A DNA stretch of 64,000 nt from Dictyostelium discoideum (GCA_000004695.1 CM000152.2:5824001-5888000), one strand, 5' to 3'; shown: positions 43,690 through 54,241, counted from the stretch's first letter. A program made the numbers and translations. Notes: generated from the letters alone by a model not told the origin.

Positions 43690-43955
43690 TCTTTTTTATA
43701 TGAAAAATGAAATAATCAAAAAAAGAGATTGTTGTTGTTGTTTGTTTTTTTCGATCTGATTATTTTTTGCTTTTTTTTTGAAAATTTTGCTACGCAAAAT
43801 TCTCAAAACGAAACAAATAATAAATTACAATAAAGTAAAAAGATGGCTTTTTAAAATAGTTTATTTATTTATTTATTTGTTTTTTAAGTCTTTTTTATAT
43901 GAAAAATGAAATAATCAAAAAAAGAGATTGTTGTTGTTGTTTGTTTTTTTCGATC
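41573..43955 (-). mobile_element. TRE5-A (DRE) non-LTR retrotransposon, ORF2-deleted form (TRE5-A.2-like). Element 5' end lies 52 bp upstream of tRNA-Val. Flanked by 16-bp target-site duplication gaatgtacgaaaccat.
   Basis: Minus-strand order: two tandem A-module copies (43689..43758 and 43878..43950 are near-identical); B-module; intact ORF1 (43570..42236); about 280 nt ending in the pre-3'-UTR sequence (…cgcaatagaacttcctaaacatctcaaaaaatacaataattcactcagtactttctataaata) with ORF2 missing; oligo(A); a 3' B-module copy including the first 66 codons of ORF1 (41856..41659); then the C-module terminus (…agaccctgt(A)n taaaatgagatctagcatctcaaggagaagcaaataataattgcgttatccaattc) and the final oligo(A) at 41573..41584. 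TSD copies at 41557..41572 and 43957..43972. Module assignments follow published TRE5-A architecture as recalled. Confidence 0.8.
42236..43570 (-). CDS. TRE5-A ORF1 protein (444 aa).
   Basis: Intact ORF MKITNNTTNIKQHKCLQKISEIVDKTQLKKKQFKYVININHEPDDKIKK…. The same N-terminal 60-66 aa recur at 41656..41856 and 45082..45264 as part of the 3' B-module copies of the two elements. Confidence 0.8.
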   Translation of the reverse strand: MKITNNTTNIKQHKCLQKISEIVDKTQLKKKQFKYVININHEPDDKIKKDLEKSLDKKDVLIKSNNTFKILTDSISTVIYFVNMFDAELKGQFITTIRPKNRCRDFDWYKYHNEIEWVIENEGCKLIKSEIKGETLIIKTVKRVVEEFDTIIELDNLTLIGHSNKGWRDQTSLPENQEENKNKKQSDEQQPQSTSEQIPKQGKRTIIIPPITSSSNDKTFMALDDTAQKVIEASLENVDELTRIENEINTQSINNQEIKTKSEKPIEPPSPYNTPIKQHGETKGLTTEEKLREANDIFDFTSPNTDAIRKIEFPLSIPSNQWFFSSPIKHIMSFSPTYGTPSKIIDSPSKLLNTPKKKQQDKTNKTNKTPVKPKLGEYGQKSIKTKMDEDIDNFNKEILKQINKSKNPTNTQDQQHNEQSKDQLEDKINQKLQKVDKNLPQIKL

Positions 43956-44007
43956 TCGAATGTACGAAACCATGTACTATGATTCATCACAAAAAAAATA
44001 TCAATAT

Positions 44008-44081
44008 GTTCGGATGGTGTAGTCGGTTATCACGAATCCTTAACACGGATTAGGTCGTGGGTTCGATTCCCGCTCTGAATA
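44008..44081 (+). tRNA. tRNA-Val (anticodon AAC).
   Basis: Cloverleaf: acceptor GTTCGGA/TCTGAAT+A. A-box GGTGTAGTCGG. Anticodon stem AATCC/GGATT with loop TTAACAC (U33, AAC, A37). T-arm GTGGG-TTCGATT-CCCGC (B-box GGTTCGATTCC). Terminator TTCTTTTT immediately 3'. Confidence 0.85.
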
Positions 44082-44113
44082 CTTCTTTTTAAAGAACCGA
44101 TTATAGATCGCAT

Positions 44114-44123
44114 GTTCGATTCC
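44114..44123 (+). promoter_or_regulatory. External B-box (ex-B, GTTCGATTCC) 33 bp downstream of the tRNA-Val at 44008.
   Basis: Exact B-box copy within gatcgcatgttcgattccctatttt. Extra downstream B-boxes are a known Dictyostelium tRNA-gene feature. Confidence 0.6.
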
Positions 44124-44880
44124 CTATTTTGATTATGGTGTTAAAAAATACAAAAAAAAAAAAAAAGAAAAGAAAAAAAAATTATGTAATAATAAAATTT
44201 GCTTTTATAAAATTTTTAATTAATTTAAAATAAACAAATTAAAATATATACATTTAATTTTTTTTTTTTTTTATTTTTAATTTTGAAAATTTCATTTCAT
44301 TTTATTTTTCTACAAATAAAATTAAATTTTTATTTACAATTTATTTGTTACTGTAATCCTGAATAACAATAAATAGGGGAAAAAATAATTTTTTAATTTG
44401 AATAGTCACTATTTTATTTATTTTGAAAAAAAAACTTAAATTTTTGTAATTTTGATAGTCAATAAATTGAGTGAATTAGTATATTAATAAACAATATCGA
44501 ATATTAAAACATCAAAAGAAAATAAATAAATAAATATCATTATCGTTAAAAAATAAAATTGTGTACAAATAAACGAGTATTTCAAATAATATTATTAAGA
44601 GATAAATTTTATATAAGTTTATTTTTAAAGTGTTCAAAGGGTCACATATTGTATTGATATACAAAATATTATAAATATTCCATATAAGTTGGAGTACGAG
44701 GATCTTTACAAATGTAATAAAGTTTGTTTTTAAAATTGAGAATAATAAATAATTCCAAATGGAATAATTTTATAAATTATGATTATATTTAATTAATACA
44801 TGTTTAATTATTATCTTTATATATTAGATTATCTCTTAATATTGTGTATTACTCGAGTTGATTGAATAAACTTCTAAAAT

Positions 44881-45013
44881 AAGTGTCTTTTTTTTGAATT
44901 GGATAACGCAATTATTAGTTGCTTCTCCTTGAGATGCTAGATCTCATTTTATTTTTAATTTTTTTTTTTATTTTTTTTTTTTACAGGGTCTCTAAAAGAG
45001 GGGTTAGTTTACT

Positions 45014-45052
<39 letters not shown>

Positions 45053-45340
45053 CGAATTTTGAATTGTATTATAACTTTTGATTAAAACATCTTTTTTGTC
45101 CAAATTTTTTCTAAATCTTTATTTATTTTATCGTCTGGTTCGTGATTGATGTTTATGACGTATTTGAATTGTTTTTTTTTTAATTGAGTTTTATCCACAA
45201 TTTCGCTTATTTTTTGTAGGCATTTGTGTTGCTTAATATTTGTGGTGTTGTTTGTGATTTTCATTTTATTTTCTTTCTATTTTTTATATTTTTCTTTAAA
45301 AAGTTAAAAATCTGGAAATTTTCTGATTAACTTGGGTTCC

Positions 45341-45403
<63 letters not shown>

Positions 45404-46080
45404 TTATGGAGAGTACTGAGTGAATTATTGTATTTTTTGAGATGTTTGGGAAGTGCTATTGCGTGAAGAGGTGAGTTCCATTGTCTGCTAAATTTTAATA
45501 GCTTTAGCGAGATTAATGAGTCTAATTTATTTTGTTCTTCTGGCCGTTGCTTTGATTTGATTCTTAATGTTTTGTTTATAACCGCTTGTGTCCTGTCCCA
45601 TGGAGCTCTTTGTGTTTTAATTAGTTCACGTATGACTTGTTGTCTATGAATTACTATTTCTATTTCATCGTGGATGAGTTTGTTTCTTTTGTGCCAAATT
45701 TTTTCGAATATAATAGCTATTAAATTGGCTATTAGTGCAATTTGTAGATGGTTTAAAATCTTAACATTCCAGGTGTGAGTGGTGTGTCCACACTTGATTA
45801 AGGTGTAGTTGAAGATTTCTTGTGTGTTTTTGATGTGGGCTTTGCAGTTGAAGAATATATGTTCTGAAGTCTCATCTTCCCCACACTGTTTGGCATGTTG
45901 CATATTTTTGGTAGTGCTTTCAGTGTGTATCTCCATAATAGGTCTCTACCTTTCATGTTTATTATTTTTTTAATTTCTATAAATGGAAGGTGTTTGCTAT
46001 TGATTTTGGTCATTATTTCTTTTTGGCCAGGAGTTGGTATGAATTTGTTGTGTTCTGGAGATTGGGTTGTCATCCTCGTA
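44881..46080 (-). mobile_element. TRE5-A, 5'-truncated within ORF2: ORF2 3' end, 3' B-module copy, C-module and oligo(A). Flanked by 16-bp TSD taaaataagtgtcttt. Truncated 5' end lies 47 bp upstream of the second tRNA-Val.
   Basis: TSD copies at 44865..44880 and 46081..46096. Minus-strand order: ORF2 C-terminal region with frameshift (46080..45400, zinc-knuckle-like …CGEDETSEHIFFNCKAH…); oligo(A) 45345..45400; B-module tail plus ORF1 first 60 codons (45264..45082); oligo(A); C-module terminus identical to that in element 1 (…gcgttatccaattc); terminal (A)9. Confidence 0.75.
45400..46080 (-). pseudogene. Truncated, frameshifted 3' portion of TRE5-A ORF2 (reverse-transcriptase C-terminal cysteine-rich region).
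   Basis: Two overlapping ORFs in different frames (45798..46073 and 45400..45936). C-x-C…H…C knuckle (…LPKICNMP… and …KQCGEDETSEHIFFNCKAHIK…) typical of the LINE ORF2 C-terminus. No start codon; the element is 5'-truncated. Confidence 0.7.
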
Positions 46081-46127
46081 TAAAATAAGTGTCTTTATTT
46101 ATTTCTTTAAAAAAAAAATATCAATAT

Positions 46128-46201
46128 GTTCGGATGGTGTAGTCGGTTATCACGAATCCTTAACACGGATTAGGTCGTGGGTTCGATTCCCGCTCTGAAT
46201 A
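46128..46201 (+). tRNA. tRNA-Val (anticodon AAC), second copy identical to 44008..44081.
   Basis: Identical 74-nt sequence. Same 17-bp upstream flank (aaaaaaaatatcaatat). Terminator TTCTTTTT. Same downstream spacer plus ex-B box. Confidence 0.85.
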
Positions 46202-46233
46202 CTTCTTTTTAAAGAACCTAATATAGATCGCAT

Positions 46234-46243
46234 GTTCGATTCC
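46234..46243 (+). promoter_or_regulatory. External B-box (GTTCGATTCC) 33 bp downstream of the second tRNA-Val.
   Basis: Same context as at 44114. Confidence 0.6.
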
Positions 46244-46256
46244 CTATTTATTCTTA

Positions 46257-46289
46257 TTAGGTCGTGGGTTCGATTCCCGCTCTGAATAC
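46257..46289 (+). other. Orphan tRNA-Val 3' half (nt 42-74, ttaggtcgtgggttcgattcccgctctgaatac) followed by a T-run. A third B-box-like GGGTTCGATTCC lies at about 46320..46331.
   Basis: Exact match to the 3' 33 nt of the tRNA at 46128. No 5' half, so non-functional as a tRNA. It does supply another B-box. Confidence 0.6.
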
Positions 46290-46597
46290 TTATTTTTCAA
46301 ATTTAAATTGTTAAATAGTGGGTTCGATTCCGATCATGTAAAAAAAACCTCTCTTCGCATCAAAAAACCAAATTATTTTTTTTAGAAATTTATCTTTTTT
46401 TTTAATTTTTTTTAATTAAAAAAAAAAATAACCCTAAAAAAACCAAGAATAAAATAGATTAGAAAACAAAAAAAAACTTTTTAAAAAAAAAAAATTGTGA
46501 GAATAAGAAATAATTTAGAAAATAAAAACAAATATTAATAAATATCACCAAGAGTCTATTTTTATTTTTTTATTTTTCATTAAAAAAACAATAAACG

Positions 46598-47224
46598 ATG
46601 GAAATTAATAGTAACAAAATTGAAAAGTTATTTTTTGAAGTTTATAGAAATTTTTATTTAAAAGATATTATATTTAATCATTTAAGAATTTATAATGAAA
46701 ATACAAATAGAATTTTTAAAAATTGTGAAAAATTAAGACAATACTCACAAAAACACTATATTATCAAAGATGACTCTGAATCTATAGATTTATATGATAA
46801 CTTTTCAATATTATCTTTATTAGATATTGAATGTTTAACATTAAATAATAATTATTCTCACTCAATAGAATCATATGATTTACCAAAATCTTTAAAAAAA
46901 ATTAAATTTGGAAATAATTGGAATCATGGAATTAATTTAAAAAATACAAATATTGAAACAATAATTTTTGCTAATAATTATAATAAAAAATTAAAAGCAG
47001 GTGATTTACCAGATTCTTTAAAGGAAATTGTTTTTGGTTATTATTATTCACAGTGTTTAGAAATTGGAAGTATTTCATCACAGGTTGAAAAAATTACATT
47101 TGGTAATAATCCTTTAGTGGTCGGTATTATTCCAAGTAGTTGTAAGATTTTAAAATTGGGTGGTAAATATAATCATAAATTTGAAGTTAGTAAAAATGTC
47201 ATCCCTGAAGGAGTTGAATGGTAA
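46598..47224 (+). CDS. FNIP-repeat protein, 5' portion. Downstream FNIP-repeat coding continues about 47290..47757 in a different frame with no canonical splice joining them; this may be a disrupted gene.
   Basis: N-terminal …LFFEVYRNFYLKDIIFNHLRIYN… is typical of Dictyostelium FNIP proteins. Repeats: LPKSLKKIKFGNNWNHGINL / LPDSLKEIVFGYYYSQCLEIG. A GTAAAT donor sits at 47221, but every downstream AG gives a stop. The downstream frame FNYHYNKELLIGSIPPNVTYLSFGNSF…LPSSLTHLIFGDSN…IPDSVKYLYFGSKFTN… is clearly FNIP-like but has no start codon. Confidence 0.5.
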   Translation: MEINSNKIEKLFFEVYRNFYLKDIIFNHLRIYNENTNRIFKNCEKLRQYSQKHYIIKDDSESIDLYDNFSILSLLDIECLTLNNNYSHSIESYDLPKSLKKIKFGNNWNHGINLKNTNIETIIFANNYNKKLKAGDLPDSLKEIVFGYYYSQCLEIGSISSQVEKITFGNNPLVVGIIPSSCKILKLGGKYNHKFEVSKNVIPEGVEW

Positions 47225-47999
47225 ATCTAAAGTATTTAATTGTTGATTCCAATATGTACAAAAATAAATTACTTCAATCTTTTTTAATGATTTAATTTAA
47301 TTATCACTATAATAAAGAATTATTAATTGGATCAATACCACCAAATGTAACATATTTATCATTTGGTAATTCATTTACAAATAATAATTGTAAAATAAAA
47401 GCAGGTATTTTACCATCAAGTTTAACTCATTTAATATTTGGTGATTCAAATATTGAATTATTAAAAGGTTCTATACCAGATAGTGTCAAATATTTATATT
47501 TTGGTTCAAAATTTACAAATAATAATAAATCATTTAAAAATGTATTACCAAATAATCTTTTACATTTAGAATTTAAAAATATAAATTTTCAATTCCCAAT
47601 TTATGAAAAACCTCCAAATTCTATTTTAAAAAATAATTATATACCACTGATACCAAAAAGAAAAACTACTTTTTCAGAGATACTAGGAAATTCAATTTTA
47701 TTAATTTTTTATATCACTAGAGCTATATATGAATCTATTACTGGAATAACTGATTAAATTAAATAATTTTAGAAAAAATAAAATAAAAAATAAAAGAGAT
47801 ATTAAATATTAAAAAAATAAAATAAAAAAATAAAATAAAAAAAAAAATATTAAAAAATCTATTAATTCAATAATATAATATTTAATTTAATATAATTTAT
47901 ATATTTTTTTATATTTTATTTTTTTAAAATATATTAAAAATTAAATTAAAAAAAATAAAATAAAAAAATAAAAGAGATATTAAATATTAAATAAAATAA

Positions 48000-48436
48000 T
48001 TATTTATTTTTTATTTTTAAAAATAAAATTAAATTTAAAGATATTAAATGATTTATAATAGTTTGATTTGAATTAAAACATATAATTTCTTTTAAAGTTG
48101 AAGGTATTGAATTTTCAGTTAAACCAATTGGAAAAATTGAAGATCCAATAAAAGTTAAAGATTCTAAATTTGGTGGTAATAAAGATAGATTAATTTTACA
48201 ATCTTTATCACCATTAATTGTTAAATGTCTAATTGAATTTAATTTTAAAAAATCATTTTCAACATCAATATTATTATTATTATTATTATTATTATTAAAA
48301 TTAAATGGTAATGAAAGTGAAGTTATACTATTAATATTATAAATTGAACTTAATTTAAAATCTTCATGTTTTCCAATAAAATTTAAATTTGATAAAGTTA
48401 AAGGTAATTTTGAAAAATAAAATTCATTATAAGTAG

Positions 48437-48512
<76 letters not shown>

Positions 48513-49811
48513 AGTCAAATTAATATTTTCATTTGGATTGTATTTTTTAATTGAATAACTAATGAATAAAGTTGTTATATTATCATTAAATTCTAATGGT
48601 TTTGAATAATCTCTATTTAAATTATGAATTGATAATTCATTTAAAATTGGAATATTTGGAATTGATTTAAAATTTGGATAAAATAATTGAGAGAATGTAT
48701 AATTATTTGTATTATTATAAATGAATTTTAATTTATTTAAAGATTTTGGTAAAGTATTTAAAAATAAAAAATTATTTTCATTTTTATAATTTAAAATGAA
48801 CCAATCAAAATCAATTTTTAAAGTATTAATTGAAGTATTTTTTATTAAATTTAATTTCGCAGCACCACTACAATTTTTAATTTTTAAAGTTTTAATTGAA
48901 TTTGGTATAATTCCAATACCATTACCACTACCATTATCACTACCACTACCATCATCACCATCATCACCATCATTAATTAATTTTTGATTTAAATTTTTAA
49001 TTGTTAAATTTGTTATTGAATTTGGTAAACAATCTTTTTCCAATATAAATTTATTTTTATTAGTACTTGAAATTTTAATTTTCTTTACACCATGGGGTAT
49101 TAAAATATCTTTTAATTTTTGATTGAAATTTAAACCAAATTCAATACTATATAAACCATTTTTATCATTATCATTACTCTTTATTATACCACTTTTAATA
49201 TTAATGAAATCTTTATCTGTTAATTTTATTCTTTTAATTGGATACTTTATATATTGATCAAATTCATTCTTTTCAAAATTAAATGTTGTTCGATTCGATT
49301 GATCCAATATAAAAACCAATGGATACATTCCAAATGAATCAAGTAAATCACCAATTATCGTATGTTTTTGAAATTTTGAACATGTTAATTTTTTAATATG
49401 ATTTGGTAATTTTTTAATAAATTCTTCATAATCTCTATTAATATGAATTGATTCAATATTATTTGATAATAAAAATTCATTATTATTATTATTATTATTA
49501 TTAATATTATTATTATTATTTTCATATAAATCAAAATTAAAACCATATGGAAAATGAATTTCTTTAATTGAATTTGGTAATTCATTTTTTAATAATATAA
49601 ATTCTTCATATCTTATTGAATTACTAATTTCAACTGATCTTAAATAATCTTTAAATTTATATTGATTTACTTGTTTAACCTTTTCAAATACTCTTTTATG
49701 ATAATGTATATTATATAATTTAACATGTAATAATATTTCTTTTTTAATTACATAATTTCTCCATAATTTAAAAAATAATTTATCATTATTATCATTATTA
49801 TTATCGTTCAT
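48000..49811 (-). CDS. FNIP-repeat-containing protein (603 aa).
   Basis: N-terminus …KLFFKLWRNYVIKKEILLHVKLYNIHYH… followed by degenerate about 22-aa FNIP repeats (LPNSIKEIHFPYGFNFDL, IPNSIKTLKIKN, LPKSLNKLKFIYNNTNN, LPPNLESLTFIGSSIFPIGL). N- and G/D-rich spacers. Confidence 0.7.
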
Positions 49812-49961
49812 TATAAATTATAGAGTGTGTTTATATGATTATATTTTATGAAAAATCAGAAAAAGAAAAGAAAAAAAAAAAAAAAAAAAAAAATGCGAAA
49901 AAAAAAAAAAAAATGAGAAAAAAAAAAAAAATCTGATCAGATATTTTATATTTTATATATT

Positions 49962-51519
49962 TTATTTATTTTTTATTTTTAAAATATTTAAAAATTTATC
50001 AATATTTAAACTATTTAATAATATATGATTTGTATTATTAATTGATAAATTTGTTAAAGATTTTGGTAATAAATCGAAATTAATTATTGGATTTGAATCA
50101 TTTAATATTAAAGTTGTTAAATTATTTGGTAAAATTGAGCAATCTCTAGTTAAATGTTGATTAAATCTTAAACCACATTCAAAAGTTGTAACTGATAATG
50201 GAATTGTATTTGGTTGAATTGGTTGATTAAAAAAGTAACCAAATTTCAATTGCTTTAATTTTGAACCAATTTCAAATGATTGTTCATTAATCTCTCTATT
50301 GAAATAAGTACCAAATTCTAATATTTCAATTGTTGATGGTATTGATGATGGTAATAAATCAAATGATATATTATCAATCTTTAAATATTTAATTGATTTT
50401 GGTATCTCTCCAATTTCAATTCTTCTCTTTAATGGTAATAAATGTAAATTTATTAAATTTTCATTATCACCACCACCACCAATAAAATTAGTATGAGCAA
50501 TTATTAAAGTTTCTAATGACTTTGGCAATAAATTTAAATTTAATGCTTTTGTAAATAATATACCAAATTGTAATGTTTTTAATGATTTTGGATATAAATT
50601 ATTATTATCATTACTAATCTCTATTGGTTGATTAAAAGTATTACTAAATTTTAAAAATGTTAAAGAATTTGGTAAAATATTGATATTAAATGGTTGATTA
50701 AATTGTTGACCCATATCTAAATATTCTAAAAATGGAGGTAATGAACCAATTTTTAAAGTATGATTAAAATTTGATGATAAAATTAATTTCTTTAAACCTA
50801 ATGGTAAACAACGTTTACCAATTTTATGATTCCAAGTAAAACCCATACTTAAATGAGTTAAACTATCTGGTAAAATTCCTTTTCTAATCTTTTTATTATA
50901 TTTATAACCTAATATTAATGTTTTTAAATTATTTGGTAACCAAGTTTTTGGTTTACTATTATTATTATTATTATTTTCAGATTCTTGTGATTCTTCAGAT
51001 TCTTCAGTTATATCATCACTATCATTATCATCATCATCATCACTATCACTATCATCACCAACTTGATTACCCTTTTTATTATATTTAATTTCAAATGTAT
51101 GATTAAAATGAAATGAAAATTCTAAAAAGGTTATTGAATTTGGTAATTGATTTAATTTAATTTTTTGATTGAATTCGTTATTAAAAATTAATGATTTTAA
51201 AGTAATTGGTAGTGATCCAATCATAATCTCACTATTAAAATGTGTGCCTAATGATAATGATTCCAACGATGATGATGGCAATTGATTAACTTTTAATTTA
51301 TGATTATAATCATTACCAATGATTAAATGTTTAACTGATTTTGGTATTGCTCCTTCTTGTATCCTATGATTACCATTTGATCCCATTGATAATGTTTCAA
51401 TTGTTTTTGGTAATGAATTAGTTTCAATAATTTGATTATACGTCGATTCATTGAATAATAAAGTTTTAAAATTTTTATTATTTTTTGGTAATAATAAATT
51501 GTCGTGGTTGTTGTTGTTC

Positions 51520-51605
<86 letters not shown>

Positions 51606-52110
51606 GATTTTCTTTTGAAAATGTTTACCAAATTTAATGGATTTTAAATTCTCTAATTTTGAAAATACTGATTGTCCATCACTATCATTTAATGGTGCTA
51701 TTGTTGAATTGAATTTTGAACTAAATTCAATTGATTCTATGGTTGGTACATATTTTATTAGTAATGATAAATTATTAGCTGTTATCTCTCCATTACTATC
51801 ATCTAAAAATTGTGGACATGATATTGCTTTATCTGTCTTTATTAATATTGATCTTAGGTAATCTTTATATCGATAATTCTTTAATTCATGTAATGTAAAT
51901 TCCCTTTGATGGAAATGAATATTATATAATTTTAAATGATATTGAATTTGATTTCTAATAATTTCATTTTTAAAATAAATTTCTTTAAATTTTTCACTAT
52001 TATCAATATTATTATTATTATTATCATTATTATCATTATTATTATCAATACTATTGGTAATTTCTTCTAATTCTAAATTTTCAGAATTTATTATTACTTT
52101 ATCTTTGATT

Positions 52111-52183
<73 letters not shown>

Positions 52184-52256
52184 CATATGAATCATCACTT
52201 TTTTTAATTTTATCTTTTTTATTGATTTTATTTTTTATGTTTTTGTATATGTTCAT
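49962..52256 (-). CDS. FNIP-repeat-containing protein (764 aa).
   Basis: Same N-terminal family signature (…FKEIYFKNEIIRNQIQYHLKLYNIHFHQ…YRYKDYLRS…). More than 15 FNIP repeats (LPKTIETLSMGSNGNHRI, IPKSVKHLIIGNDYNHKL, LPNSITFLEFSFHFNHTF, LPDSLTHLSMGFTWNHKI, LPNSLTFLKFSNTFNQPI …). Paralogue of 48000..49811. Confidence 0.7.
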
Positions 52257-53015
52257 TTTTTTATTTTTTAATTTTTTTTTTTTAAAAAAATTTGTGTATA
52301 TGATGTGTAATTATTGTATAATGAAAAATAAATATTTATTCTATAATTATTTAATTATTGTAATGACCATGCTTTGTAAAAAAAAACATTAAAAACACAA
52401 AAAAAAAAAAAAAAATTAAAAAATAAAAATAAAAAAATAAATATTAAAAATTCGTTGTGGGTTATATATATAGTTTAAATGAATGGCTTATATGAATTAA
52501 AAAAAAAATTAATAAAAAAAAATAAAAATAAAAATAAAAAATAAAACAAAAAAAATAATAAAAAAAAAAAAAAAAATTTATTTTGAAATCGGTTGGCGGA
52601 AATCTTGAAATGTGAACAATTTCATTGAAAATGAAATTTTACAGATTTGAACAGAAAAAAAATAAAAAGGCATTATTAAAAACTAATCAGCAAAAGTCAG
52701 AAATACAACAAAGATAAAAAAAAAAAAAAAAAAAAAAAAAAGAAAAAAGTAAAAATTAATTCAAATAAATTGATTATATATTAGTAAATAACAATTATTT
52801 TAATATTTAAAAATAATAATAAAAAATATTTTATTAGAAAGAATTAAGTTAAAAAAAAAAAAAAAAAAAGTATACAATGAGTATTACCAATAAGTATTTT
52901 TTTTTTGGTTATGGAAAGTAAAATTTTTTTTGAATTGGTTGGCTATGGAAAGTAAAATAACACTTTAAAAAAAAAAAAAGTTATTTTCTGAAAAATGACA
53001 TTTGTTATTATTTAT

Positions 53016-54111
53016 TTATTTATTTGGTTGTGGAGTAACACGTAAATAGCTCTTTATCTTTGGGAAACCCTTTGGGAATAATTTTTTGGCATCTTCATCA
53101 AAGACAGTTGGGACAATTATACAATCATCACCATCAACCCAATCAGCTGGTGTTGCAACTTTGTATTTGTCAGTCTAATAATATAAAAAAAAAAAAAAAA
53201 ACGAAATAAAATTTAGTTAATAAAAATAAAATAATAAATATTAATCTTATTTTTTTTTAAAATATTATTTACTTACCAATTGGAATGAATCTAAAATTCT
53301 TATAATTTCATCTTTTTTTTTTTTTTTTTTTTTTTTTTTTCCTTTCCCTGGGAAAAATTAAAAATATAATAAAATAGAGTTAATATTAAATAAAACTTTT
53401 TTTTTAAAAAAAAAATAATATAATAAAAAAAAAAAATGATTAACATACTAAAATTACGACCAGTTGAAGCTGGAAGAGTTATTTGAGCTCTTAAACGTTT
53501 ATCTGGTGAAATAAAGAAAACTGAACGAACTGTAAAAGTGTTATCGGCATTTGGATGAATCATACCATACAAATCAGCAACTTTTCTATCTTGATCAGCA
53601 ATAATTGGATAGTTAATTTTAACTTTTTGAGTTTCTTCAATATCTTTCATCCATTCCAAGTGATCTTTTACTGAATCAACTGAAAGTGCAAGAATTTTAC
53701 AATTTCTTTTTTCAAATTCTGGTTTTAATTTTGCTCTTTAATATTTAAAAAAGATTGTTTTTAAAAAGTTTGAAAAAAAAAATAAAAAAAATAAAATAAA
53801 AAGTTAATAATAGTTTTTAAATTAATTAATTTTTTTTTTTTTTTTTGAATTTTAAAAAAAACATACAATCTACCGAGTTCAGTGGTACAAATTGGTGTAA
53901 AATCTTTTGGATGGGAAACAAATAAACCCCAGCTATCACCTAATGTTTTATAAAGGTTAATTTGGCCAACACTTGAGTCTTGTGAAAAATCTGGAACTAC
54001 ATCACCAATTCTTAAAAAGTTACCAACTGGTGAAAAATTTGATTTACTTGGTGCTCCTGTACAGAATGATCTAATTAAAATTGATTTATTGACTTGTTGA
54101 ATTCTTGACAT
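53016..54111 (-). CDS. 1-Cys peroxiredoxin (Prx6-like) with N-terminal extension. Four exons: 53867..54111, 53449..53735, 53277..53311, 53016..53174.
   Basis: Exon 1 contains the peroxidatic motif …FVSHPKDFTPICTTELGRL. GTATGT donor at 53866 and AAAG acceptor at 53736 (phase 2) give LAKLKPEFEKRNCKILALSVDSVKDHLEWMKD…. Exon 2 ends …PASTGRNF at GTATGT (53448). Exon 3 (35 nt) reads NEIIRILDSFQL then GTAAGT. Exon 4 reads TDKYKVATPADWVDGDDCIIVPTVFDEDAKKLFPKGFPKIKSYLRVTPQPNK*. Collinear with Prx6-type 1-Cys peroxiredoxins as recalled. Confidence 0.8.
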
Positions 54112-54156
54112 TTTTTTATTTAGTTTTTCTTTATAAAAAGAATTATTGTGTGATTA

Positions 54157-54193
<37 letters not shown>

Positions 54194-54210
54194 GAAGTGA
54201 TGGAGATATT

Positions 54211-54241
<31 letters not shown>

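Noticed and set aside
47290-47757. Independent FNIP gene starting downstream of 47224
   Set aside because: No start codon in that frame and no acceptor. Treated as a continuation or pseudogene part of the 46598 gene.
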